In this document: positions 53,683 through 64,000 of the stretch, one piece after another
How the letters are laid out: each line of letters opens with the position of its first letter
Position numbering within the stretch: position 1 is the stretch's first letter
Origin: Raillietiella orientalis
Taxonomy: Eukaryota
Direction: 5' to 3'
Assembly: GCA_036172245.1 (NCBI GenBank)
Contig: JAYWIR010000056.1
Location: 372,001 to 436,000 of the forward strand
DNA length: 64,000 nucleotides
The notes under the pieces: generated by a model
Seen by the model: the letters and a program-made list of their open reading frames with translations, nothing else
The model's database searches: none
Told to the model about the DNA's origin: nothing
Program-made: the position numbers and the translations under genes

Positions 53683-55980
53683 TTATGGGGTCGAAGAGAG
53701 AAAAGCTGTGGAAAGCAGACCATAAGTGACCACCTCGTGTGAATCTGATCGGCAGTCCGCGAGAAGTTTCATTCCTCTCATTCATCAGCTTGTCATTCCG
53801 GCATTGCCACTGCTTTCGCAGAATGGTCTGTGTCGTGTTTCTCACTTTAACTCGGAGGCAGTTTCGCTGCTTCGCTTGCCGACCGGAATGCGCTATCAGC
53901 AACTTCTTGCAAGGAGGCGTCTGCCTTCCTATCTTTCTGTGGCGATGCTGCGTCACCTTCCATGTTCCACATCCTCCTCGAGGGTCGATCATCATCGGAA
54001 TGTGCCGAAGAAGTGCGTGGTGAAGGCGAAGTGCGTCCATGATCCACTGCCATAGCAGCAACGGAATCTCGGTAATCATGCACTCGGTCCCTAAGCGCCC
54101 TAGTCATAAGTTCTCATACCTTGTCGGTGAGGTGAATTCTGTTCGGAAGACAAGATAGAGACGAAGAAAACCCTCCAGTTTAGAGGCGCAGAAAATGCAG
54201 AGAGTACAATAGATGGAGCAAAAGTAGACAGGAAAAAGAAATCCGTCCAAAAGAGATGTTGAGGATGGTTAGCAGATCCAAGGCATTGAGTGCCGTTAGC
54301 GAGTCTTCAGGAGCCGGAAGTAATGTATGAAATTGATGGGTTGCTGATGACGATCAACATTCAAAAAGTTGGACTGCAACCACCGAAGTGCGAGAGACAG
54401 AGTGGTGTTCTCAACCAACCGAGATGGTAGCAGTGGTAGGATAAGACGATGAAGGCATACACGATAAAGAAGCAACCACATCCAGACGACAAGCAATTCT
54501 TCTTGAAGATTGGGGAAGAACGCCACTCATCTTGTAGCGACAGCCTAATTCCGAGTTGAAGTCAGCCATTTTTGTGACGAAGTGCAGCAAATCAGTGGTG
54601 GGTAGTCTACTGCCCGTTGCAACAAAAAGCCACTGCTGTGGTATACTGTAAAGTGGAAGCAGGCGTTTCGATCTCGGACCTCAGCCTGAGCCGTAGTAAT
54701 CCAGGTCTTGGAAATGTCCTTATGGCTTCTGCAGGACTTGACACCATTCTGACTCCTTCCAGAATGCGTCTTCCTTCGTAAATGCGTTGTGAATCTCGTC
54801 TCCATCTGTTGTTTCCTTCAGGTCGCTATTTTCGCATCGCTTCTAGATGAATGAGGACAACTGAATACTGCTCTCTGCTAGCATCCCTTCTGTGTACGTT
54901 GATGTGAGCTGTGAAGAGTGTTCCAAAAGAAAGACGCCTTGGGGTATTTGCTGAAACCAGAGATCGAGCAAGATGAACGAAGTCCGAAATGGATGCGTAT
55001 TTAAAAGAGACCGGGTGAACCTTAAAGTGGCAGTGTGGTCTGATTTCACGGAACTGACCCGAGGATCGTGAGAGCCGAAATATCGGTTCCACGGCGGACT
55101 CGTGCAAAATCCGAAACAGCATTTCTCGAACGAATGGAGAGTCCAGAGTTTGCAGTTTCACGTTTTGCTAAAAAGCTAAAGTTTCTATGGCAACAAAGGG
55201 CCACAGCCCACTAGGAATGATAGAAGTGGTGGTCCTTTGTAACCACCAATTCTTGAATTCTAATGGGTGCTATTTGGTGAGTTGCAACGAAGTCTCACCA
55301 CCTGAATGCATGTGCAAAGGATTCGTGACTCCGCTCATTCAACGCAAATGATCGGAGAGCAGAAGTTCGATCTCCTAAAGCATTAATTATGCTTAGAAGA
55401 ACACACACACACACATTCAAGGATATCTTTTCGAAGCAGACCACTTTAATCATGACGTGTTTTCTCAGAGGATGGACTCAATGAAATTCAAAGATACTTG
55501 AAATCACGGAAATCATGGTCCACGCCACGCAAGGAATCGTATGAGGGAAACCTAATGATTTTTTAAAGTCACGAACTTGGTTTCTTTTGAAGATTCCTTT
55601 GACACTGAAGAAACTGAATCGTGAATGACGATTCGTTCAGAACTGGTCATGCGACCAGAATCTGCTTGGTGGCAGCAGCCATTCTCCAGTTGACAGGAAA
55701 AACACACGAAAAAGAAGAAGAGAGTTCAAAACATCACAGCGCAGAGACATTTGAATCATCAAGTTGGGGGTTGGTACTCTGAGCAGCTGAATCGGCGGCA
55801 GACTTGCCATTTGAAATTTTCTGGGAAACCGTAAACCTCCATCTTCCAAATAACGCGGAAATAGCTATTTTCTCCATGATCTTTTCGTGTTATTTATTCA
55901 TCTTCTCATTTCATGTTGTTTTCGGTCGGGCATTTCCTTTTGCGTGTGATTATTGGATTGAGTGGTCATATTTTCGTCAG

Positions 55981-56536
55981 GGGCTTTTAATTTGCCCGGC
56001 CTGTCGGTTGGCAAACAGACGGCTTCTCGTCCGAATGGAAAAGGTCCAGGGATCGAGGGCGAGGTTTCAAGAGCTGCTCTTCTCCGTTTCCGTTTCGAAA
56101 ACGACAGTCCATCCATTGCTCGTTGCTTCGAAGAAAACAACAAATTACTATAAAATTGATTTCAAATGAATCGATCGTCACTTGACAGATTAATGCGGTC
56201 ATTGTGTCAACTTATTTTTAGTCAGCTTCCCACAATGCATTGGAACAAGTATCGCACGCACTTCCGTGACCATGCTCCGCTTCAGCTGAAGATGCTTGTC
56301 CAATTTCCAGATTTGTCTGTAACGAAAGCGAGCACATGAAGACCTTATCAAGCCTGATCCAGACTATCCAACTGTCGAAGTCGAGCGCGGAAACCGCTTC
56401 GGTCAAAGGGGAACAAGACAATGCTTCAACTGCCACTACCACATCCACCTCTTCCGAGGAAACAACAGAAGAAAGCGACCCGGAAAGCGAAGCATTCAGA
56501 GAACGTGACTGCAACGAGACAATAAGTACGATTTAG
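55981..56536 (+). CDS. Candidate 3' exons of an unidentified gene (55981-56043, 56222-56265, 56311-56536)
   Basis: The phase-consistent join gives GLLICPACRLANRRLLVRMEK|SASHNALEQVSHALP|FVCNESEHMKTLSSLIQTIQLSK...STATTTSTSSEETTEESDPESEAF...*. A 45-nt intron removes an in-frame TGA. Both donors are weak. Confidence 0.35.
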
Positions 56537-56709
56537 GCAGTTTCGTCGAAGAGTAAAAAAATAAAAGTGAAAAATACAATGAAATGGACATTTTTTTCCC
56601 CTGACATTTCCACTTGGGGTGCAAACGCACAAAAGGTGACCATCCTACGGCATGCAGAAACGAGGCGGTGGTTCCCATCCGAGCCCGGTTAAAACCAGAG
56701 GCAAAGAAT

Positions 56710-59700
56710 TTATTTGATGTCACACAAGATGGCAACGGAGCGCATGGTCCAGAAACTCGGTTTTTGGTCACTTTCTAGATCTATGGAGCCGATGTAACCT
56801 TTATTTCCCCTTTGCGGCTTGCGGTACATCGGGCACTCGTAAAGCTTGGGGTCCTTCCCAGAGGTGGAGTTTACAGCATAAATGTAAACCACCGGCAAAG
56901 CTTCGAACAGAATCTGGAAAGAGAGCAGTCGAGTAATCCCTTCGAGGCTCATTAATGTCAGATTCTCTCTGAAAATATGTTCCAAGAGACGTAAAGTGAG
57001 CGGTGGCAGAGCCTTAGAGAAGGTCCTCGCGGGCCATCCCGAAGGCCTCCCGGTGGCCCTTGTTCGGCCGCCGAAAGAGCCATGCAGAGTAAAACGCGAA
57101 TTATACTGAAAACCCCAGCATCTTACTTTGGGGCGGCCGTCCACTAATTTTGCCCTCTTTCTGTCCCAGCTGGCACCTTGCAAGTACAATCCATGAACAT
57201 AAACCCCTTCAGCAGGAGGTTCGTGAATGTCTTCTTTGTTAAACATGGTCACAATATTCTGAGGAATCACTGAATCGAGAGCCCATCCTTTGTGGGACCG
57301 GGTTATTTCCTTGGAAAAGGAGATGTTTTTGTTTAGCTTCCCTTCCTCCCCCTCTCCACACTTGTCTCATTGCAGTCAGAAATCCCTGTGGGTTGAAGAA
57401 TCCTGTCATCCAAAATGTCAGAGGACGGCTGTGTTGTAACCATTTACGGTACTGATTTTCTCTCTCCAGAAGTTCTGTGAACCAGAACCCCAGCGTAGTG
57501 GACTCCCACGAAATCTGAAATCCATTTTTTGCAAGGCACGTTTTTTAGATGGTGCACCAATCAGCGCGAGCTTCTGGCATTCGAAAAGAACACCACGTCT
57601 TCAAGGCGAGGACGATTCAAGGCATCGAGATACTACTACTCCAAAGTGGACCTCGTAATCGCTCTTATGAAAACTGCTACACTATCCGAAGAGAAAAATT
57701 TTTTTTTTCCCACCGTATTTTAAGAGCTAAGATTAGAAAAGAAACGACTGAAAGAGATTCACCTTTGGAAGCAAAGAATCTAAAAAACGCCATCTAAAAA
57801 GGCTTCAACGAACGCCACCAGTGCCGCCACCCTACGGGTGCCATTTCTCGAGAACGGACGAGGTGGAGGATGGACCGCCGAGAAACGCGGAGTGCTCAGT
57901 CGGGAACTTTGGACCCCGCGCTGGCGCGGACGTGCGGACTTTCGTAGTGCTGACCGAATTCGTGTGCGACAAGGGAGAGTGACGTAACGGATGTTTGATT
58001 CCCTTCCGTGTTTTAGTCCCTGTGCGTGTCGGTAGCCCGCTCTCGGTGGTGTGCGCGCAGCGTATCGATGTGCGTCTGCATCACGACAGCACGTTGAGGA
58101 AGAACTCGGGTACAGAAGGACGGTCTCGAAGCTCGCGGACCGACCCTTTCGATTCCGAGGTGTTTGGTTTCGTTTTGCGAGTTTTTGCAGGGAGGGCGCT
58201 GCTGCCGCCCGATCGCTCCGTCTTGCGCCCCGATCCTGAAGTGTGGAGCACCCGGAGGATTTGCTTCGCTCGAGTTTTTGTTCCTCCGGGAGTGTGGAAA
58301 AGAGAGTTGATTCTTCTGGGAACCGTGCAGCTCCCGAGTGGCATGGAAAGGAGCGCCCAGTTTCCGTCCCGATGGCCCCCTTCCTCCGACGAGGGCACTG
58401 CCTCGCCTTCCCTCCGGATGCTTGCAGGCCCATCGGCATCCATTTAGTGTCACTCTACTCCTCCTCTGTATGGGAAGTGTTTTCTCCTTACCACCAGTTC
58501 ATCTGACTCCCGTCTTGCCAGCTTCTCAGCTGATGATCTCATTGCTTGAATCAGGAAGCTTTCCTGGGAGGCGTTCTTTCGATTCTCCCTCCTCTGCTCC
58601 GCTTCCTTGCTTGCTGAGAGATCCTGGTGCTCGCCGGAGAACCTGTCTGACGTTTACGTCAATTCCCTCTCTGTCCGACGTACGTTTGTGGGTCGTCTGG
58701 TCGCCGGGCACGACGGAAGCCGTCGCGCGCTGTTCTGGTGCCGGGAGCACATCTTGGCGCCTTCGCGCTCTGCCCTGAAGTCACGTCCATCCATTCGCTC
58801 GCAGTATCGTGCGGATCTTCCTCCCGAGATCCACAGGGAGCCCGGGCGACCTGCAAGGATGTCCGCCTGGACTCTCATCCATTGAGCGCTTAAGCACAGA
58901 AAGTGCATGTCGAAGTTCCCGAAGGAGAAAGACAACAGTCCGTTGGCGCACCGACCTAACGGACGGAGCTTGAGAGGCCTGCCCCGAGCCGACCCTACTG
59001 CAGCGGGAAAGAGATCTTTGTCATCTTCTCTGCTTTCAGCTCGCTTTCGTTCTGGCAGCCCTTTGTCGGTTCAGTCAGTACGTACAAGGACTGTACTTTG
59101 TAATACTGCGTTGTTGAACCATGCCGTCGCTTGGGCGACCCATTCTGGCCATTGTTCTTCGGACTCTCTTCCTTGTGCACGCATCATTTTAGTGGAGTAA
59201 GCGTGGGAAGTCGGAAAGGCTGTGTACTCGAGCTGCACGTTTTACGGTCCGGCACAGATCTGTTGCCATCGTCCGCCGAACGCGCTAAAGTATCCGGCAA
59301 AGCACGCCGATGTGAGAGGTCAACTTCCCACTACGAGTCTGCAGCCTATCGCTTGCTGTCCCTTTCTAACCGCATCTCGGGTCAAGTGCCCAGTCGTGGT
59401 AGGGTCTCATGTCCCGAATAGGTCGCGCGAAGGGCTCCGTGTGCGCTCTTTCTTGCTGGGAAGAGCGTGCATCGAGAAGACGAAAGTGCTGATGTTTCTT
59501 GGGCGCGGGTCACCCTCAGTGCTCTGGAACGGTTTTGTTTTTCCGATGAAAAGCGTTCGGGGACGGTCAAGGACCTCAGGGCGCAGAAGATTCTGTTCCC
59601 AGGGTGAGAACTGCGTCGTACTGCTCTGCACTTCGCGTTCCGCTTTCACGAATTTTGCAGGCGTGTCGCCAGCGGACTCAGCGTGCAGACCTCGCTCGCT

Positions 59701-62700
59701 TGGCTGCTATCTCTTGCTAGTCGCGCTACGCAGTACGTGGACGTGATGCTGCATCCTCGTCAGAGTGACTTTCTCCACATGTGGATAATAACGGTTGCGT
59801 ACTGCTGCTCCATCGGTGTCGAAGATCACGGCGCTTCTCACGATCGTTTCTGATGAGCTTTCTGATGGAGAAGTGTGCTACCAGTAAAAGAGTCCTTTTA
59901 TCTTGCATGGCACCCATGGACCAGCTGGAGACACGGCAGCAATAGAGCACGATAACCAGCTGTCTCGCGGGAGCTTTTAGGAGGACGGGAATACTTTAAA
60001 AAAATGAAGAGTTTGGGTGGAGATATCCGGTCGATAAGCGAGAAAAGGCCGAGAATGTGTCTCAGAGAAGTGCGAGTGTCGAAGCTGCAGGGAAAAAGAA
60101 AAAATCGGCCATCATGGATTTCGTGCAACCCCTACAAACTGTTTTGAGCCGGAGATGGGCGGCACTTTTATGCGTGGATTTTCAGCGTGGCTCACGTTAA
60201 CGTGGCTCTGACATCGAAGATTTTCTTCAGTAGGGTTTTCTGTTCCCAGTGACTCCACAATGTTTCCTTGCGTAAGCTCAATTGTGGAGGAGGTGGGGTC
60301 TTGTTCAAAGTCTTGGCTTCTGCTGCTGCGGCTTCTTCCCTCGTTCTCTTCCGAGCAGTGGAGTCTTGGTTCTCTGGGGATAGTGGCTCTTTCCTAAGCC
60401 TTCTGCCTCCAGTCTTCCAAGGACCCTGCCGCAAGAGGTGAACGACGACGACAAGGAGGAGGAGGTAGAAGATATCCGTTGTCAAGCAGTTCATCGAGGG
60501 AGGGAGGTCCTTCCACATCGAACTGATATGGGGATGGGATGCTGGCCGTCTGGGATTCCGCCAGATTCGGCGCCTTCCCTTATTCCGAGAGCACTGGGTC
60601 CGTGGGGAAGGTTATATTGCTTCGAGGCCTTCTGGCAGCGGCTGCGCAGCTCCGAAACCAACCACCACGGCACCACGACGAAGTGGGGATGAAAGAAAAA
60701 ACACGAGATCGCACCGGCAGCAGAAACAAGGGTGGGACTTTGTGAATTGGATGTTCCACCTTTTCATTGGCGCCCAAATACGCAGCGAACACGGTATAGT
60801 GCAGCTGCGGCTTCCACTCGCGGCACCGAGCGTTGCGTGTTTGAACATCCACAAAGAACAAACGCCGAGAATGGGGAGTGTTGCGTCGTGGGCTTCGAGT
60901 CGCCCCCGTAGGACTATGCTGGTTGCCCCGCAGGCTCTCGGGATGGCGCTGTGATGATGCTTAGGGACCGGACTCCCCTTCTGACTAGCCGGAATTGTGC
61001 GAGTAGACCCTTCATGGGTTCTGGAAGGAACCGCGGAGCTTCGAGATTTCTTTCCAGTTTGTGTCAGGGAGCCTATCTTTTTCTCGTAGGTTCCTCCTCA
61101 GTGTGCTGGAAGAGCGGTCTTCCTTCGGGGAGTGCTTACTAGGAGTAAATAGCGAATGGTTTCTTTCCGGGTTCCCTCCCAGGAGAAAAGAGAGACAGAC
61201 TCCATTCTCGGAGTCTTTCTGGATTAATTAGGATGGTCCCTGTGGGACTTCCCCCCTGACTGAGTTACATATACATCCTCCAGTAGGGTGACAGCATTTG
61301 AATGCGGGTCCCACGTGGCGGCATCCTCGAGACATCTACGCCCCTAGGGAGGGGTGAACGGTTCCCTAGCACTTCTTGAGAAGCGAAAGGGAAAGCTGGA
61401 AAGGAAGCAGCGCAAAGAGAAGAACCCCAAGGGATTCCCATAATCCCAGGTCAACAGTAACAATCCCCTCATGACGTCACCACTGGCCTTCAGAAGACAC
61501 ACACACGGACCACGGAGTAGCTCATCAGCTATTTTGGTCCACGGAAGGAGACCCACTTTCATGTCCAGGAAACGTATTTCGCAGAACTGTGGAGTTCGCT
61601 TGCCTTCTTCCACGAGTTCGGGATCCTCGCGTCGTACATGGAATCCAAGCATTCTCTCAGCGAGTGGCTCATCACCACCGTCCCTTCGATGGCTAGCTGC
61701 AACTCACACAGGGTGAAGCGGACGTGTTCGAGCACCTTCTGCATTCTATCTATCTCCTGCCTAAGGAATATGTTCATGGGAAGGAGTGCTCCCAGATCCT
61801 GCAGAGCTTCCTTGACCTACTAACGAAATGAACTGTTTTGGAGAGTGACCCCCCTACCTTGTGCCCAATGAAGCTGTACGGCAACTTGTCTAGCATATCT
61901 TCTGCCAAGTGGTACACGGTTGTCTCTCGAGTCTCTCCGGTGTAAGAGCCCTCTTCTTTGGGCAGGATGCTGAGGATGCTGTTCAGTATGATCTGCGACT
62001 TTTCAATTTGGTACCTGCATCACACCATGAAATCAGTTTCGAGTGGGATTCTCAGGGTCAGTATGGAAAGAAAGGAAAAGTGTGGCATTTCTATTTAGAG
62101 TTTTCTTTGAGAAGGAACCAGCTACCGAGAGGCTGAGCCCACTGCGAGCGAACCACCTTTGCCAGGTTTTCCTGGATGCTCGTGATAAGCAGAACTCTTA
62201 GGAGCACTTGCTTGCTTTCAGATTACCCAAGCCTGGCAACGATGGTCGCTGGATATGGGGCGAATGACGCTCGGTTTAGGTGCCTGAAGGCTTTCCCGGA
62301 ATACACCAGCGACTGACTCTCTCTTACATGACTTCAGCGTTCGTGTGCAATCCGTAAACCAGCGGTGAATCCATGTCCGGGAGAGATTCGATGTACTTGA
62401 AGTATTCCTCCAGGGAGTGGCATTGCGGGATGGTGTAATCCTGATAGAAGGCGAAGTCCGGAGAGAACAGGTTCTCGCTGAACCAGGACTGGGCAAAGAT
62501 TTTAACCACTCGATGGTCGAAGTCATCTGTGATTTTGCCTCCGTAGTAGATTTCCCCGATCATGTAGCACAAAGTGATCCAAGATACTCCCTGATGAAAA
62601 TGGGGAAAAAAATCAAACCAAAGAAAGAAAGAAAGAAAGAAACGAATTCGGAGAGCTGCCAACAGAGGGATGAAAGCAAAAATTCACTCACCTTTTTGAT

Positions 62701-64000
62701 CTCGAGATCGTCGAAGTGATTTTGCAAGAATTGCACAGTGGCAATGAAGTCCGCTTGGTCGAAATCGTAGGGAACATTCCAGCCGAGGGATCCGTATCGC
62801 CTTCGTTCCTAAGGAGACACCACCACCATTAGCTGAAGGAATCGCCATTCAAGATAACTTTTTTCCCAAGAAAAGTGTCTAGGCTATCCAGATAATTTAT
62901 CTTTCTGTTCTTCGAGTTCTTCCCAGATCAGCGCCTGCTCTCTCAGCATCCGCGAACAGCTTCACGAACTGAGCCGACTTTTTGTTCCGTACGGATATCC
63001 ACTCCAAAGTTCTGTAGCGACTCCTGCAGTCCGGTGACCGAATCATCTCTTGAAAGATCTTCACCTTGTCAATCCGCGAATTCCGATAACGTCCAGTTGG
63101 ACAAAACGGGTTTGCTTCTGAATTTAAGACTTTTCCGCCTGCTTAGCTGGTCATTCGTGTCTCTCTGGCATCTCTAAGCATCTCTGGCTGCAAACATCTT
63201 CACACGTAGTTTAGTCGAGATCACTTTGGAGGCAAAGTGATCGCCCGCATGGACCTGTCGAATTTCGAATCTCTCTGTCCCTTCCGTTCTCTTCATCTTC
63301 CCGGCTAGGTGCGTTTTCTTGATCGCGCTTTTTGCAAGTATTAAAAGATCTTCCCAAACTTAGGACTTCTTGGAAAAGAACTAGTTTGTCTCGGAGGTCT
63401 TTTGGAGAGATGGGATGGGGTGTAGCGTTATTCCGCGCGCGCATCAGTGCAGAGTCCATCCTGATGGACTGAGAACCGAGTGTTTGCATCTTTGAGTGCC
63501 ACATGGCAAGCCATTTTGCTGCTCGGAAGCCTTAACTGAGAACATACCAGGAATGTCACGTGGAGGAACGCAACTGTGAACAGCAGCGGCTGCCACTGAG
63601 GTAAGTTGCTGTATTCCAAGTGGTCCTGATTGATGGAAGAGTAGACCCTTCTCAGCCCTGACCGGAGCCCTTGGGGCGGTTCATTTGTGAACTTGATTGC
63701 CATCTGGAAAGCAGCCGATCTTCATCCACCTCTGGTTTCCCTCCTGCATGTGCTCGCAAGAGTGTCGACGAAAGAGGAATTACCTGCAGAAGGTTGATGG
63801 GGAATTCTGGGTGGACATCTGTCGTGATCCACAGTCTGAAAGATTCGCAGGGGTGTTTCGTCTCTGCCATCATCTCAATCACATCGTTACAGAAAGAGAG
63901 AGACAGGTGACAGTTGTAGAGCAGGAGCCAACCACCGCTTTTCAACTTCTCACTCATCAGCTTCCTGGCGTACACTTCTTGCCCTTGTCCCATAGAAACT
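56710..64000 (-). CDS. DNAH5: Axonemal outer-arm dynein heavy chain (DNAH5/DNAH8-like), 3' part; exons >64000-63784, 63703-63548, 62808-62692, 62590-62328, 62014-61858, 61816-61604, 57514-57362, 57309-57127, 56913-56710
   Basis: AAA6 and C-terminal domain motifs: [11 protein letters not shown]...[11 protein letters not shown]...[112 protein letters not shown]-terminus [12 protein letters not shown]5 versus DNAH8 is not resolved. Confidence 0.93.

Noticed and set aside
57780..61470. ORFs inside the large dynein intron as a nested gene or transposon
   Set aside because: No RT, transposase or other domain, no terminal repeats seen, and the ORFs look like GC-rich noise.

Overview
Eukaryotic, intron-containing genomic DNA, most likely from a non-dipteran arthropod (inferred from a tramtrack-type BTB gene together with a caveolin gene). 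Five genes can be spliced by hand with consistent phase: caveolin (minus, 79-7329); a BTB-zinc-finger gene with three alternative terminal exons (plus, 21447-24797); SNF8/VPS22 (minus, 24905-25828); an RBM12-like multi-RRM protein (minus, 36693-45330); and the 3' end of a DNAH5/8-type axonemal dynein heavy chain (minus, 56710 to beyond the window). There is also an intronless GFRP-fold ORF (plus, 53362-53682). Several weaker spliced candidates could not be identified. Introns are bimodal (many 41-53 nt, some of several kb), one dynein intron has a GC donor, and CpG content is strongly mosaic. I found no CRISPR array, rRNA, tRNA or intact transposon, and nothing I can defend as a new biological system. 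The best leads are the BTB terminal-exon cassette, the GFRP-fold ORF, a possible poison exon and hairpin in RBM12 intron 1, and a possible antisense transcript nested in the caveolin intron.
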